This document shows positions 27,798 to 36,990 of a stretch of DNA of 64,000 nucleotides, piece by piece. The position numbers and the translations under genes are program-made. The first letter of the stretch is position 1. Every line of letters starts with the position of its first letter. The DNA comes from Nanobdellota archaeon (GTDB lineage: Archaea > Nanobdellota > Nanobdellia > Woesearchaeales > JACJVW01). The stretch is from assembly GCA_051819765.1 (NCBI GenBank), contig JBNJGT010000001.1:42716-106715 (forward strand), in the 5' to 3' direction. A model generated the notes under the pieces. It was not told the origin of the DNA. It was given only the letters and a program-made list of their open reading frames with translations, and did not search any database.

Positions 27798-30322
27798 TTT
27801 AGCTGTTCGAACAGGTCACCTATCTTTTTGAAGTATCTCTTTTTCTTCTCAATGTCAGCCTTCTCATATAATGCTGAGAGTTCTTTGTAAAGTTTTCGCG
27901 CCTCATCGAGATGATCGGTTTTCAGGAGTACCTCGATGTGTTCGGCGAGTGTTTCCATCTCATCCTTATCTTTTGCAGTGAGAGCAAGGGTGAGCTCGTG
28001 GTGGAGGTGATCGATGTGTGATTGGTCAATCTCTTTGCCAGCATATTCTATCTCAGACAACTGCTCAAGAAGCCGTTTGATGTGTGTCTGTTTTTCTGGA
28101 GGGAGATCCTTGATCCTTTCTTCCATCTCTTCGTATGTCAGTTGTTCATCTGTGTCAAGCGCTTCCTGGATATGGTCCTTAAAGGTCTTTGAGACATGAT
28201 CAATACTGGGCTGTTTCTTCTCAGGCACGGGCACTTCCTTTATGATTGTCTTTTTGTGGGATATGATCACTGTTCCGATAAGACCTAGAATCATGATTCC
28301 GATCACTGTTGCGATGAGTATCGCGTATTCCTCAATATTGGCTTTGATGACGACTGCGGGTTCTTCCGTGATGCTGCATTTGGGGCAGGGCCCTCCACAG
28401 TCAACTCCTTCTTCTCCCTGGTTTTGCCTGCCATCATCGCATGTTTCACACGGGTCGCATGGCCCTCCGCAATCAACTCCTTCTTCTTCCTGATTTTGCA
28501 TGCCATCATCGCATGTGGGGCATGGTTCGCATGGTCCTCCGCAATCGATACCTTCTTCACCCTGGTTCTTCACCCGGTCATAGCAGGTATAGCATGGCTT
28601 GCATGGCCCTCCGCAATCAATCTCTGTCTCTGCCTGGTCAAGTCGGCCATTCTGGCAGGCAGGGATGTAGGTGCAGCGACGGAATTCAAGCGGTTTTCCT
28701 TCATCGGTTCCACATTCTGCCAGGTCGTAGCAGATTCTGCTGGAGACATTTGACCTGTTACAGTGGCTCCAGTCGCCGCAGAACCACACCGGCTCACAAT
28801 CACCGGACCCGGTTTGGGGCATTGCTCCTCCACCGCCGCCTGCGCCTTCACCAGAGTCTTCACCATCTGAGCCTTCAGTCTGGCCTTGTTCACCTTCAGC
28901 GACTTCAAGGGTTATCCAGTTGCTGGTATCTCTTGCTCCTGCCTGGTCTTGCACATGGAAGCGCACCTCTTCTGTGCCGATCCAGTCACGGGGTTGGGAG
29001 AAGATTGCTTGTGTGTTCTCTTCATCAATAGTGACATCAATGGCATGGAAGGGTGAGGCGTACTCCACTGAGTATGTGAGTGAATCATCCAGGTCTGGGT
29101 CTTCGGTGTAGTCATCGAGTATGAAACCGGCTCGTATCCTGTTCCTTTGCCAGGTCTGATTCGGGAGGGGTCTTGTGAATAGGGGAGGCCTGTTCCTGTC
29201 GAGTACTAGCACCTGCCATCGGTGGATTGCACTATAATGGCCATCACTGACGTTTGCGGTTATGGTATGATTCCCAGCTGAATAATGATTAGTCTCCCAT
29301 ACATATGTGCTTGAGCGGTCTGTATACTCTGAGTCTGTATATGTGGAGAGAAGGCTCGCGCCATCGTACCAGGTGATTGTAAGGTCTTTATCATCCGTGG
29401 GGTCGGCGTTCTCCAGCTCGAAATCACGGTACCGGATGAAAAAGGTCTGGTTGTCGGTCTCATTCACTGTGATATTTGTCTGAGGGGATGCGATCGTGAT
29501 CTCTGGGGGATGGTTCCTGATGGATACATTCACCTCGCCGGGCTTGATCGTCAGGTGGTTCTGGCATTCGCTTCCATCAGTACCATACCATTGCACTGTA
29601 TAAGGGTTGTTGCGGGTGAATGTGTCATCAGTTGTGAGTGGAAGGGTGAAGTTCACAAAGCCGGTGTCCGGTTCTATGGAAAGCTCTGAGTCAAGGGGTT
29701 CAATTGAATAGACGTTGAAGGTGTAATTTGTGGGGCAGTCTTGGATCTGTCTGGTTACGGTCTTGTTAGGGTAGCGTTCGATTATGATTGTGCGGTTAGA
29801 GTCCTGCACCTGTATTATACTCTGGAAGCGTGAGATGTTTTCAGAGAAATGGAAGGTGAGGTTGGCGTGCAGGAGTTTTTTATCAACGGTTACTGGTGTC
29901 TGTTTTGGCACGTTGGTGTCTAGCACAGTCTGGTTTAGACGAATCTCTCGGAGGTTCGCGCTGGTGTCCCAGGAAGGAGTGATGGTGTTGATGCGTGGAG
30001 TCCGTGCGCAGGTGTTTTCTATGGTGAGGTTGACATCTCTTTCATCCATGGTGGTGTTTATCCGCAGGCAGCTTTCCCTGCAATCGGGATCGATAATGTT
30101 CAGGTCGCATTGGTATGATTCTCCCTGGTAGATCATGCCTGGGCAATCGTGCACTATGAGTGGGGGGTGGTTGTAGCAGAGTGAGACTGTGCCAGTGGAG
30201 ACAGCCTTACCAGTAATCAGATGATCCCTGGTGCTTATGATAGTCCAGTTCAGGGTAATGGATGATATCATAAGCGCGATTGCCAGGGCTGCAATCATGT
30301 TGTTTGATATGCGTACTTTCAT
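27794..30322 (-). CDS. Type-I membrane surface protein (842 aa) with Ig-like ectodomain, four tandem Cys-rich 'DCGGPCxPCxTC' repeats, TM helix and cytoplasmic coiled-coil tail
   Basis: Signal/anchor at the N-terminus. Repeats EIDCGGPCKPCYTC / GIDCGGPCEPCPTC / GVDCGGPCDPCETC / GVDCGGPCPKC. TM YAILIATVIGIMILGLIGTVII. K/E-rich C-terminal tail. 4-nt overlap with the giant gene downstream (operon). Confidence 0.7.
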   Translation of the reverse strand: MKVRISNNMIAALAIALMISSITLNWTIISTRDHLITGKAVSTGTVSLCYNHPPLIVHDCPGMIYQGESYQCDLNIIDPDCRESCLRINTTMDERDVNLTIENTCARTPRINTITPSWDTSANLREIRLNQTVLDTNVPKQTPVTVDKKLLHANLTFHFSENISRFQSIIQVQDSNRTIIIERYPNKTVTRQIQDCPTNYTFNVYSIEPLDSELSIEPDTGFVNFTLPLTTDDTFTRNNPYTVQWYGTDGSECQNHLTIKPGEVNVSIRNHPPEITIASPQTNITVNETDNQTFFIRYRDFELENADPTDDKDLTITWYDGASLLSTYTDSEYTDRSSTYVWETNHYSAGNHTITANVSDGHYSAIHRWQVLVLDRNRPPLFTRPLPNQTWQRNRIRAGFILDDYTEDPDLDDSLTYSVEYASPFHAIDVTIDEENTQAIFSQPRDWIGTEEVRFHVQDQAGARDTSNWITLEVAEGEQGQTEGSDGEDSGEGAGGGGGAMPQTGSGDCEPVWFCGDWSHCNRSNVSSRICYDLAECGTDEGKPLEFRRCTYIPACQNGRLDQAETEIDCGGPCKPCYTCYDRVKNQGEEGIDCGGPCEPCPTCDDGMQNQEEEGVDCGGPCDPCETCDDGRQNQGEEGVDCGGPCPKCSITEEPAVVIKANIEEYAILIATVIGIMILGLIGTVIISHKKTIIKEVPVPEKKQPSIDHVSKTFKDHIQEALDTDEQLTYEEMEERIKDLPPEKQTHIKRLLEQLSEIEYAGKEIDQSHIDHLHHELTLALTAKDKDEMETLAEHIEVLLKTDHLDEARKLYKELSALYEKADIEKKKRYFKKIGDLFEQLK
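28380..28650 (-). repeat. Tandem ~75-bp coding repeats (4 units) encoding the Cys-rich DCGGPC motif
   Basis: + strand shows reiterated 'ggccctccgcaatc(a/g)a(c/t)(t/a)cc...catcatcgcatgt' units. Confidence 0.6.
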
Positions 30323-30439
30323 TTCTTGTAGCGCAGTAGTATCTGGCGGATGCCTTCCCTGGCAATCTCAGCTTGGTTGCTGAACAGACCTGAATCTATC
30401 AGTTCTTCCATCTGTTTCTTCATTTCTTTTCCGACACGG

Positions 30440-30598
30440 ATATGGAGGAGGTCTGCCATGTATATAATGTATATCAATATGATATATTTATAATACTTTC
30501 TGTGAGGGATTTATCTGTTATACTATATCGTATATATATCAAAATGATATACTTTATTACTCAGAAGTTTTTTAAATCAAGAACTGTTAATAGGCAGT
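30440..30598. promoter_or_regulatory. AT-rich divergent promoter region with reiterated TATA-like elements (tatatca / gatatat / tatatat)
   Basis: More than 80% AT. Lies between the surface-protein operon start (30322, -) and the DUF116-like gene (30599, +). Confidence 0.4.
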
Positions 30599-31192
30599 AT
30601 GGAAGTATACCTGCTCATGTTGCTTGCTATCAGCTTTTTGTTGATGTTGCTGGTGGGGGTGGGATACATCTTATATCGTTTGGAGAAACCAGTGCTTTCT
30701 CAGTTGTATGTTCCATTATTCTCATTTTTGGGTGGGCCGCTTCGCCGCATCTTTGGGCAGACATTGTACAATAAGATATTTGTTCTCTTTGGGAATCAAT
30801 ACTCACGAAAAAAGTTCAAGGCCACTCCATTCTCTAATCGGGCGGTCTTTTTGCCCCAGTGCCTGCGTCATACCGATTGTCCGGCCCGACTTGGGACTGA
30901 AGGGATCCAATGCGTCAAGTGCGGGCGCTGCGGCATCGGATCTTATGTTAAAAAGGCTGAGAACTATGTGTATGTGTTTGTTGTGCCTGGAAGTTCATTC
31001 ATCAAGCGTATGGTACGAAAATATAATCCCCATGCTATTCTTGGGGTCGGGTGTCTTATGGAGGTGCGGGAAGGATTAGAGTTGATGGCATCACTCAAGA
31101 TACCTGGTCAGGGGGTTGTGCTTGCTGATGATGGGTGTGTGGGGACCCATGTGGCATGGGATGATGTGCTTGATGCAACCTTTCGGTCCTAG
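30599..31192 (+). CDS. Membrane protein with a Cys cluster, DUF116-like
   Basis: N-terminal TM helices then LPQCLRHTDCPARLGTEGIQCVKCGRCGI...VVPGSSFIKRMV...AILGVGCLMEVREG...GVVLADDGCVGTH. Confidence 0.45.
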   Translation: MEVYLLMLLAISFLLMLLVGVGYILYRLEKPVLSQLYVPLFSFLGGPLRRIFGQTLYNKIFVLFGNQYSRKKFKATPFSNRAVFLPQCLRHTDCPARLGTEGIQCVKCGRCGIGSYVKKAENYVYVFVVPGSSFIKRMVRKYNPHAILGVGCLMEVREGLELMASLKIPGQGVVLADDGCVGTHVAWDDVLDATFRS

Positions 31193-32571
31193 TTCTTCTT
31201 GGCGCGCAGATATATTATTTGACCGGGTTGGAGCTCTTCTCCAACGTATTCTTTAGAGTCTGGGGCATTCACCAAGTTCATGTACGTCTTTTCTTTGAAG
31301 AGACGAGGGGTCATGTCCTTGTAGAAATCGCCACTACTGTTGTCGTCCCTGTCAAATTTCCTGATGATCTCTGCGGGATGGTCCCCACTGTTTACTATGT
31401 AGCGGAATATTGTGTGTGTTCCATCCTGTACCTTTTCAAAGCCGCCAAATTGCGAGGAGGGTATAGTCCCGCTGGGGATGTATGGATTTGGTCTCGTGGT
31501 AATGCCTGAGAGTGCTGCCAGATTCTCGCTGGTCTTGTGGATATAGGGGAGTAGTCTCTCTGAGCATGAGACACGCAGGTCATGCTGTGCATCATTTTCA
31601 GCCCAGTATTGAAATGCCTTATGTGCATCCTTTGGGTGGTGGTTTGCGACAGCAATGTAGCGTGCCAGGTCACCAATGTGGTTTTCCCAATTGTCTGAGA
31701 GGGTTTGCAGGTGCTGGTCATCAACCTTACGCAGGGCGTCTGCGATATTGTTGATTGCAAGCAGGTATGCTACGCGGTGATGTTCTTCACCAGTCACTTC
31801 CTCCAGGGAGGTGGGGGGTTTCAGGTGCTCTGGAAGGGCTTTTCCGATGATGGATGCGCCGGTGGCATCGTATTTGCCGCTTTCTCCGACCACTGGTGGG
31901 GTGAGTTGGTAGGGGCCAAAGGAGAAGTGATTGTCACCTTGGGAGGCTATGTTGTAGATAAATTCAGGCCCTGCTTTTTCTACCAGGAATTCAAACACTG
32001 CTAGATTCTTTTCGCCGTGGGAGGAAGGCATGGTTTCAGTGCAGGCATAGCTTGTCATGTGATCTGCGGTGATTACTCCTGCCATCCCTTTCAAGATGTC
32101 AAGGCGGGTATCATCGAGGGGGATTGCTTTGCGTACATCATCCACTTTCTTGAAGCCGATGGGTTTGCGACGTCTCACTTTTTCCCAATCAATGTGTTGG
32201 TATGTATTATCAATAATCTGGTCGATCGAGTCAAGATATTCCTGGAATGAAACCTTTTCTGTTGTGGTATGGTCATATTGGAGCACTTCGTTCTGGTAGA
32301 AGTTCTTGATAGTGTCAGAATCATTGGCCTTCATCTTTTCGTGCCAGGTTGATCGGATTTGCGCGGTAAAATCAATGGTGGCTTTTTCCGGGACGAGGCC
32401 TTCGATGCCCGTGTAGTCAGTGAAAAGATTTGCAAAGCGTGAGCCTGCCAGTTCTCCCATCTCCACGACGGTGGGTTTTGGTGTATCTGGGATTTGGGAT
32501 TTTCCAGCTGCCGCTGAGCCGCAGAGAGCCAGGATGAGTGTGGAGGCGATGGCGGATTTGAATCTTTTCAT
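31189..32571 (-). CDS. Secreted protein of unknown function with a possible C-terminal LysM-like module
   Basis: Signal peptide MKRFKSAIASTLILALCGSAAAG. The C-terminus ...YIVNSGDHPAEIIRKF...LVNAPDSKEYVGEELQPGQIIYL loosely fits the LysM pattern. Confidence 0.45.
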   Translation of the reverse strand: MKRFKSAIASTLILALCGSAAAGKSQIPDTPKPTVVEMGELAGSRFANLFTDYTGIEGLVPEKATIDFTAQIRSTWHEKMKANDSDTIKNFYQNEVLQYDHTTTEKVSFQEYLDSIDQIIDNTYQHIDWEKVRRRKPIGFKKVDDVRKAIPLDDTRLDILKGMAGVITADHMTSYACTETMPSSHGEKNLAVFEFLVEKAGPEFIYNIASQGDNHFSFGPYQLTPPVVGESGKYDATGASIIGKALPEHLKPPTSLEEVTGEEHHRVAYLLAINNIADALRKVDDQHLQTLSDNWENHIGDLARYIAVANHHPKDAHKAFQYWAENDAQHDLRVSCSERLLPYIHKTSENLAALSGITTRPNPYIPSGTIPSSQFGGFEKVQDGTHTIFRYIVNSGDHPAEIIRKFDRDDNSSGDFYKDMTPRLFKEKTYMNLVNAPDSKEYVGEELQPGQIIYLRAKKN

Positions 32572-32620
32572 GCTTTGGGGGGGCTTTGTGGTATTATTTA
32601 AATCTTCCTCTTTTTAACCA

Positions 32621-33895
32621 CTAACCAGTGATGAATTTATAGCGTGCCCGGCTTGTTTCTACCTCATTCTCATGGACAACCATTGGGGGTTCATAGCCTT
32701 GGATTGGGTTTTGTTTGTGGTTCTTGATCTCTTTTGGGCTTTTGTTTTTCAACTCGGGAACGAAGCGCTTGATATAGGTGCCTTCGGGGTCAAAGCGTTC
32801 CTGTTGGCGCCAGGGGTTGAAGATGCGAAAATAGGGCTGTGCATCACAGCCGGTTGATGCGGCCCATTGCCAGTTGCCGTTATTGACTGCGGGATCATAA
32901 TCGATGAGTCTGGTCGCAAAGTACTGTTCTCCCCAGCGCCAGTCTATGTGCAGGTCTTTTGTGAGAAACGAGGCTGTTATCATGCGTGCCCTGTTGTGCA
33001 TGTAGCCGGTGGTGTTGAGCTCTCGCATGCCGGCATCCACGATGGGCACACCGGTCCTTCCTTCACACCAGCGTCGGAAGGCGGTCTTGTTGTTCTTCCA
33101 TTTGATGTGGCGGAACTTTGGCTGGAAGGCCTGACCGAATACAGGGGGGAAGTGGTATGCGATGTGGGTGAAGAAGTCACGCCAGTAGAGCTCTGCTGTG
33201 AAGGTTGCAGGGGTGGGATGCCAATAGCTCTCCCTTATTGAGATGGTCCCGAATTTATGGTGTGCCGAAAGACCACTCGTATGCTCACTGAGCCTGTCAC
33301 GATTCCTCTCATAGTCATCCGGGATGTTTTTGAGCAGGTGTAGACCTGTGCGTCTGCCGCCTTTGGTATACAATTTCTTGTATGGTCTGCTTGGAAGCTT
33401 TGGGGTACCTGAGGTCAAGTTCTTTGGTGTGTGGGTATCAGGCTTTTTTACGGGAATTTTTGCGGCATTGCGGTGGAAGGGAGTGAATATGGTGTAGGGA
33501 GTGTTGTTTTTCTTGAGGGCCATTTCCGGCTCCAGGAGGAGGTAATCTGCGTATGAATGGAAGGCGAGCCCTTGTTTTTCACAGATGTCCTGGATTCGTT
33601 TATCACGCTTGCTGCTGAAAGAGGTATAGTCCCTGTTCACGAATACGGCGTCAATCCCTTTCAGGGTGGGGATTATCCTTTCGGGCTGACCTTGATAGGT
33701 GGTGACCGGCAGCTCTTTCAGGGATTCGAGCATGAACTGGAAGGCGTGGGGGCTGAAATACGCATGATCCCTTTGGCGTGGATCGAAGAAGAACGCGCAG
33801 GTCACCTTCTTTGAGAGGCGTGAGGCTTCATTCAAGGCTGTGTTGTCGACTGTCCGCAGGTCTCTCCTGAATATGAAAAGGGCGTGGTTGTACAT
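32621..33895 (-). CDS. phr: Deoxyribodipyrimidine photolyase (CPD photolyase/cryptochrome family)
   Basis: N-terminal alpha/beta domain ALFIFRRDLRTVDNTAL. FAD-binding region WREF.., DAGMRELNTTGYMHNRARMITASFLTKDL, WQWAASTG. Confidence 0.9.
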   Translation of the reverse strand: MYNHALFIFRRDLRTVDNTALNEASRLSKKVTCAFFFDPRQRDHAYFSPHAFQFMLESLKELPVTTYQGQPERIIPTLKGIDAVFVNRDYTSFSSKRDKRIQDICEKQGLAFHSYADYLLLEPEMALKKNNTPYTIFTPFHRNAAKIPVKKPDTHTPKNLTSGTPKLPSRPYKKLYTKGGRRTGLHLLKNIPDDYERNRDRLSEHTSGLSAHHKFGTISIRESYWHPTPATFTAELYWRDFFTHIAYHFPPVFGQAFQPKFRHIKWKNNKTAFRRWCEGRTGVPIVDAGMRELNTTGYMHNRARMITASFLTKDLHIDWRWGEQYFATRLIDYDPAVNNGNWQWAASTGCDAQPYFRIFNPWRQQERFDPEGTYIKRFVPELKNKSPKEIKNHKQNPIQGYEPPMVVHENEVETSRARYKFITG

Positions 33896-33936
33896 TTGCA
33901 GAAATGTTATAAAAGTAGCGATCCTTTTTTAGAGTT

Positions 33937-34506
33937 ATGAATATCCTCGTGATACTAGGGCATCCAGATGAAGAGACGTTATGTGGTACGCTTATGCAGC
34001 GGTATGCTGCCGGTGCACGAAAGGGCGGAGCCCGGGTGAAGACCCTGAACCTGGGAGAGCTCTCCTTTGATCCCATCTTGCATAAGGGCTATAAGGAAAT
34101 CCAGGAGCTTGAGCCTGATCTCGTGCATGCCCAGAAGTTGATCACTTGGGCTGATCACCTGGTGTTTGTATATCCTAACTGGTGGGCGTCGTTTCCGGCG
34201 CTCCTCAGTGGGTTCTTTGATCGGGTCATATTGCCGGGCTTTGCGTTCAACTACACTGGAAAATACGCCTGGAAGAAATACCTGAAAGGAAAGACAGCCC
34301 GTCTGATCGTTACCATGGGTGGGCCAGCCTTATTCTATCGTTTCATATTGGGCGCTCCTGGGCATAAGGTCATGCGGGCGAGCCTTCATTTCTGTGGGGT
34401 CAAGCCGGTGCGTTCAACGGTGTTCGGGCTTGCAGCAGATGTCTCAGCAAAGCGGGCAAAGAAGATGAAAGAGCGCGTCTACCGTGTAGGGATACGGGAT
34501 GCCTAA
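33937..34506 (+). CDS. Flavodoxin-like NAD(P)H dehydrogenase (quinone), KefF/MdaB-like
   Basis: MNILVILGHPDEETLCGTLMQRY... with conserved ...FVYPNWWASFPALLSGFFDRV. Confidence 0.7.
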   Translation: MNILVILGHPDEETLCGTLMQRYAAGARKGGARVKTLNLGELSFDPILHKGYKEIQELEPDLVHAQKLITWADHLVFVYPNWWASFPALLSGFFDRVILPGFAFNYTGKYAWKKYLKGKTARLIVTMGGPALFYRFILGAPGHKVMRASLHFCGVKPVRSTVFGLAADVSAKRAKKMKERVYRVGIRDA

Positions 34507-34787
34507 TTTCGGTAGATCTCCACTGTCCGGTTGGCGGCTTCGATGTTTTTCCTGAGTTCTTCAACCCGCTGATCCCGATACTTCTGGCAGACCAATTGGC
34601 CTGTCTGTTCATTGTTGATGCTCAGTCTTGGGTCAAGTTCCTGGAACATTTGTCCGTTGTGTCCGTAGAGTTTGTAGTGTGCTCCACATGGCTGGCAGCT
34701 GTATGCGAGGTGTGCCATTGGGATTCCGTCAATGCTATGCACCATCCCTGTGGTGAAACCGTTTGAATATACTTTTATCTGTTCCAT
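34503..34787 (-). CDS. Small hypothetical protein (94 aa if started at the internal Met, avoiding overlap with the upstream DAHP synthase)
   Basis: MEQIKVYSNGFTTGMVHSIDGIPMAHLAYSCQPCGAHYKLYGH.... The longer ORF 34503..34889 would overlap aroG-like by 50 nt. Confidence 0.3.
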   Translation of the reverse strand: MEQIKVYSNGFTTGMVHSIDGIPMAHLAYSCQPCGAHYKLYGHNGQMFQELDPRLSINNEQTGQLVCQKYRDQRVEELRKNIEAANRTVEIYRN

Positions 34788-34839
34788 GCAGATTGTGTGG
34801 ATGATCTTTCTTTTCTCGTTTATGAAAGAAAAAAAGAAT

Positions 34840-35919
34840 TTACTGTTCCGTGATCCTCCGTCGCAGGTCGTAAAACTGGCGGCAGTCATCGATGACCCGG
34901 GCTAACCCGTCTTTGTCCCCGTTTTTGTGGGAGTACAGGCTTTGGGGGCCGTCGCTTAATGCATCCTCGGGAGAGGGATGGGCTTCAATTATCAGGCCAT
35001 GGGCTCCGTGTCCGATAGCTCCTAATCCTGTGGAGTAGACCAAATCCCTGTGTCCTGGCGCGTGGCTCACATCGTAGACGATGGGCAGGTTGCATTCCTT
35101 TGTAAGGACACTGACATCACCGGTATCGATGGTATTTCTGGTGTATTTCTGGTCGATCCCTTTAATTCCCCGGAGGCAGAGGATGACATTTTGCATGTCA
35201 CCTGACAGCAGGTATTCGGCGCCCTGGATGTATTCTTCCAGAGGAGTCGCAAAGCCACGCTTGTAGAGGACCGCTTTGTCTGTGCCTTTGAGATCTTCTG
35301 CCAGAGCATTGAGAAGGTCATAGTTCTGGCAGTTCCTGGTTCCCACTTGGAAGACGTCGACATCGTAGTCCAGGTAGAGCCCGATATTTCGCTGGTCAGT
35401 TATTTCAGTTACTATGGGAAGGCCCGACTCTTGCTTTGCCTGCTTTAGCAGCTTGAGTCCTTCCTCTTTTAGGCCCTGGAATGAGTAAGGGCTCGTCCGT
35501 GGCTTGTAGGCCCCGCCTCTCAGCATGTCTGCGCCCGCATCCCGGGCATCACGTGCGGACCTGACTATCTGTTCCTCACTCTCAACTGCGCAGGGGCCTG
35601 CGATGGTGCACAGCCTGCCATTACCGATCTCTATGCCATTGACAGTGACAATCCGGGTGTTGTCGCGGTACTTGCGGGAGGCAAGCTTGAAACTGTCAGC
35701 GATGGCAATAATCTCCTGGACTGGTTCGAGTTGTTCCAGGCGCTCTTTTGAATGGATCAAGTTCCTGGTGTTTCCTTTGACCGCAATCACCGGCAACTCC
35801 TCGCCAAAAACTGTGCGGTAGTGTATCTTTGCGTTGACTTCATCTGCCAGTTCTGTCAGTCTGGTAACTGTCTTGTACATATCTTCATCATTCACATCAT
35901 GTTTCAATCGGATTATCAT
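34840..35919 (-). CDS. 3-deoxy-7-phosphoheptulonate (DAHP) synthase, type I-beta with an N-terminal regulatory domain
   Basis: About 100-aa ferredoxin-like/ACT-like N-domain, then LCTIAGPCAVESEEQ, KPRTSPYSFQGL, GTRNCQN and HAPGHRD, typical of the KDO8PS/DAHPS I-beta family. Confidence 0.8.
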   Translation of the reverse strand: MIIRLKHDVNDEDMYKTVTRLTELADEVNAKIHYRTVFGEELPVIAVKGNTRNLIHSKERLEQLEPVQEIIAIADSFKLASRKYRDNTRIVTVNGIEIGNGRLCTIAGPCAVESEEQIVRSARDARDAGADMLRGGAYKPRTSPYSFQGLKEEGLKLLKQAKQESGLPIVTEITDQRNIGLYLDYDVDVFQVGTRNCQNYDLLNALAEDLKGTDKAVLYKRGFATPLEEYIQGAEYLLSGDMQNVILCLRGIKGIDQKYTRNTIDTGDVSVLTKECNLPIVYDVSHAPGHRDLVYSTGLGAIGHGAHGLIIEAHPSPEDALSDGPQSLYSHKNGDKDGLARVIDDCRQFYDLRRRITEQ

Positions 35920-36242
35920 ACTATCACCTTGTATTAATTGTTAGTGTTGGAATCAATACCAAAACTGATAAAAGCGATAGCTAAACTGATAGAAAGAGCA
36001 CTGTTCATGTTGACAACTATCTCGACCGATGCCGTCCATTGGTTTATCTGTTGGTTCCATTTTTTTCACCTGAGAACATGATGTGGGTGCCAACGGCACA
36101 AACTAATAAAAGAATACAGTTGTGGAATAAGCGGTTATCTGCATGAATAGTGGTAGGTGTTTTTGATTTATAATTTTTTTGGTTTGCCTGTCCAGGTGCT
36201 CGTCAGAAATCTTTATTAAGCATTTATTTTTTCCTCGAGGGC

Positions 36243-36563
36243 ATGAGTCAACTCTATGAATTGAGGGATGGGAGTTTGGGCCATGCGTGTGATATAGCCC
36301 GGGAGTCCCGTATTATCAGATATGAAACACTTGGAGATTTGATGTATGATTATATCTCTGAGATGCAGGCAGCGCCGTACCTTTCAGAACAGGATCAGAC
36401 TCTGCTTGGAACAATTGATAAGCTTACGCCTGGCTCTTTGGATTCTGTGGCACGTATCGAGCAGTCTATGTTGTATAGTGGAAATGAGGCGGTGCGGGAT
36501 CATATGCGGCAGGTTGCTGCAAAGTATACTGGGCTGAAGAATGCTGCTGGGAATCGTCTCTGA
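36243..36563 (+). CDS. Small hypothetical protein (106 aa)
   Basis: ORF with a plausible globular composition. 3' end overlaps the phosphoesterase gene by 23 nt (possible operon). Confidence 0.35.
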   Translation: MSQLYELRDGSLGHACDIARESRIIRYETLGDLMYDYISEMQAAPYLSEQDQTLLGTIDKLTPGSLDSVARIEQSMLYSGNEAVRDHMRQVAAKYTGLKNAAGNRL

Positions 36564-36990
36564 TACGCATAGCAATGAAACTCGTTTTCGTCGGGTCCTT
36601 GAGCTTCTTGCGGAGTGTGACTTGATCATACATTGCGGAGACTGGACTTCCTCTTCCATGGTTGAGTTGTGCCGGGGTCTTCCCGTCCACGGGGTGCGGG
36701 GCAACTGCGACTTTGAGGTTGATGGGCCAATCAAGTTTCATGAGCCCTATCTTGCTATGACACTTGATGGTATCCGGGTCGGGGCATGCCATGGGCATGA
36801 CCTGTGGCTTTCAGAACTCTTATCGGGTGGCTTTGATGTGGTCCTTTCTGGGCATACCCATCGGTCGAAGATAGAGTGGGTGCAAGATACCTTACATATC
36901 AATCCTGGCTCTCCTGCAAAGCCGCGAAATGGAGCAAGCTGTGCATTATGTGATACAGAAAAAAGGGAAGGAAAAATACTTCTTTTATGA
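36541..36990 (+). CDS. Metallophosphoesterase, MJ0936/YfcE family
   Basis: GIVSDTHSN, HCGDW, GVRGNCD, ACHGHD and LSGHTHR metal-ligand motifs. Confidence 0.8.
   Translation: MLLGIVSDTHSNETRFRRVLELLAECDLIIHCGDWTSSSMVELCRGLPVHGVRGNCDFEVDGPIKFHEPYLAMTLDGIRVGACHGHDLWLSELLSGGFDVVLSGHTHRSKIEWVQDTLHINPGSPAKPRNGASCALCDTEKREGKILLL

Noticed and set aside
28424-29031. Plus-strand ORFs inside the Cys-repeat region
   Set aside because: Antisense to the surface-protein gene. They arise from the repetitive GC-rich coding repeats.
33828-34076. 82-aa minus ORF spanning the photolyase/NQO intergenic region
   Set aside because: Overlaps the 5' ends of two well-supported divergent genes. It sits on the promoter region.
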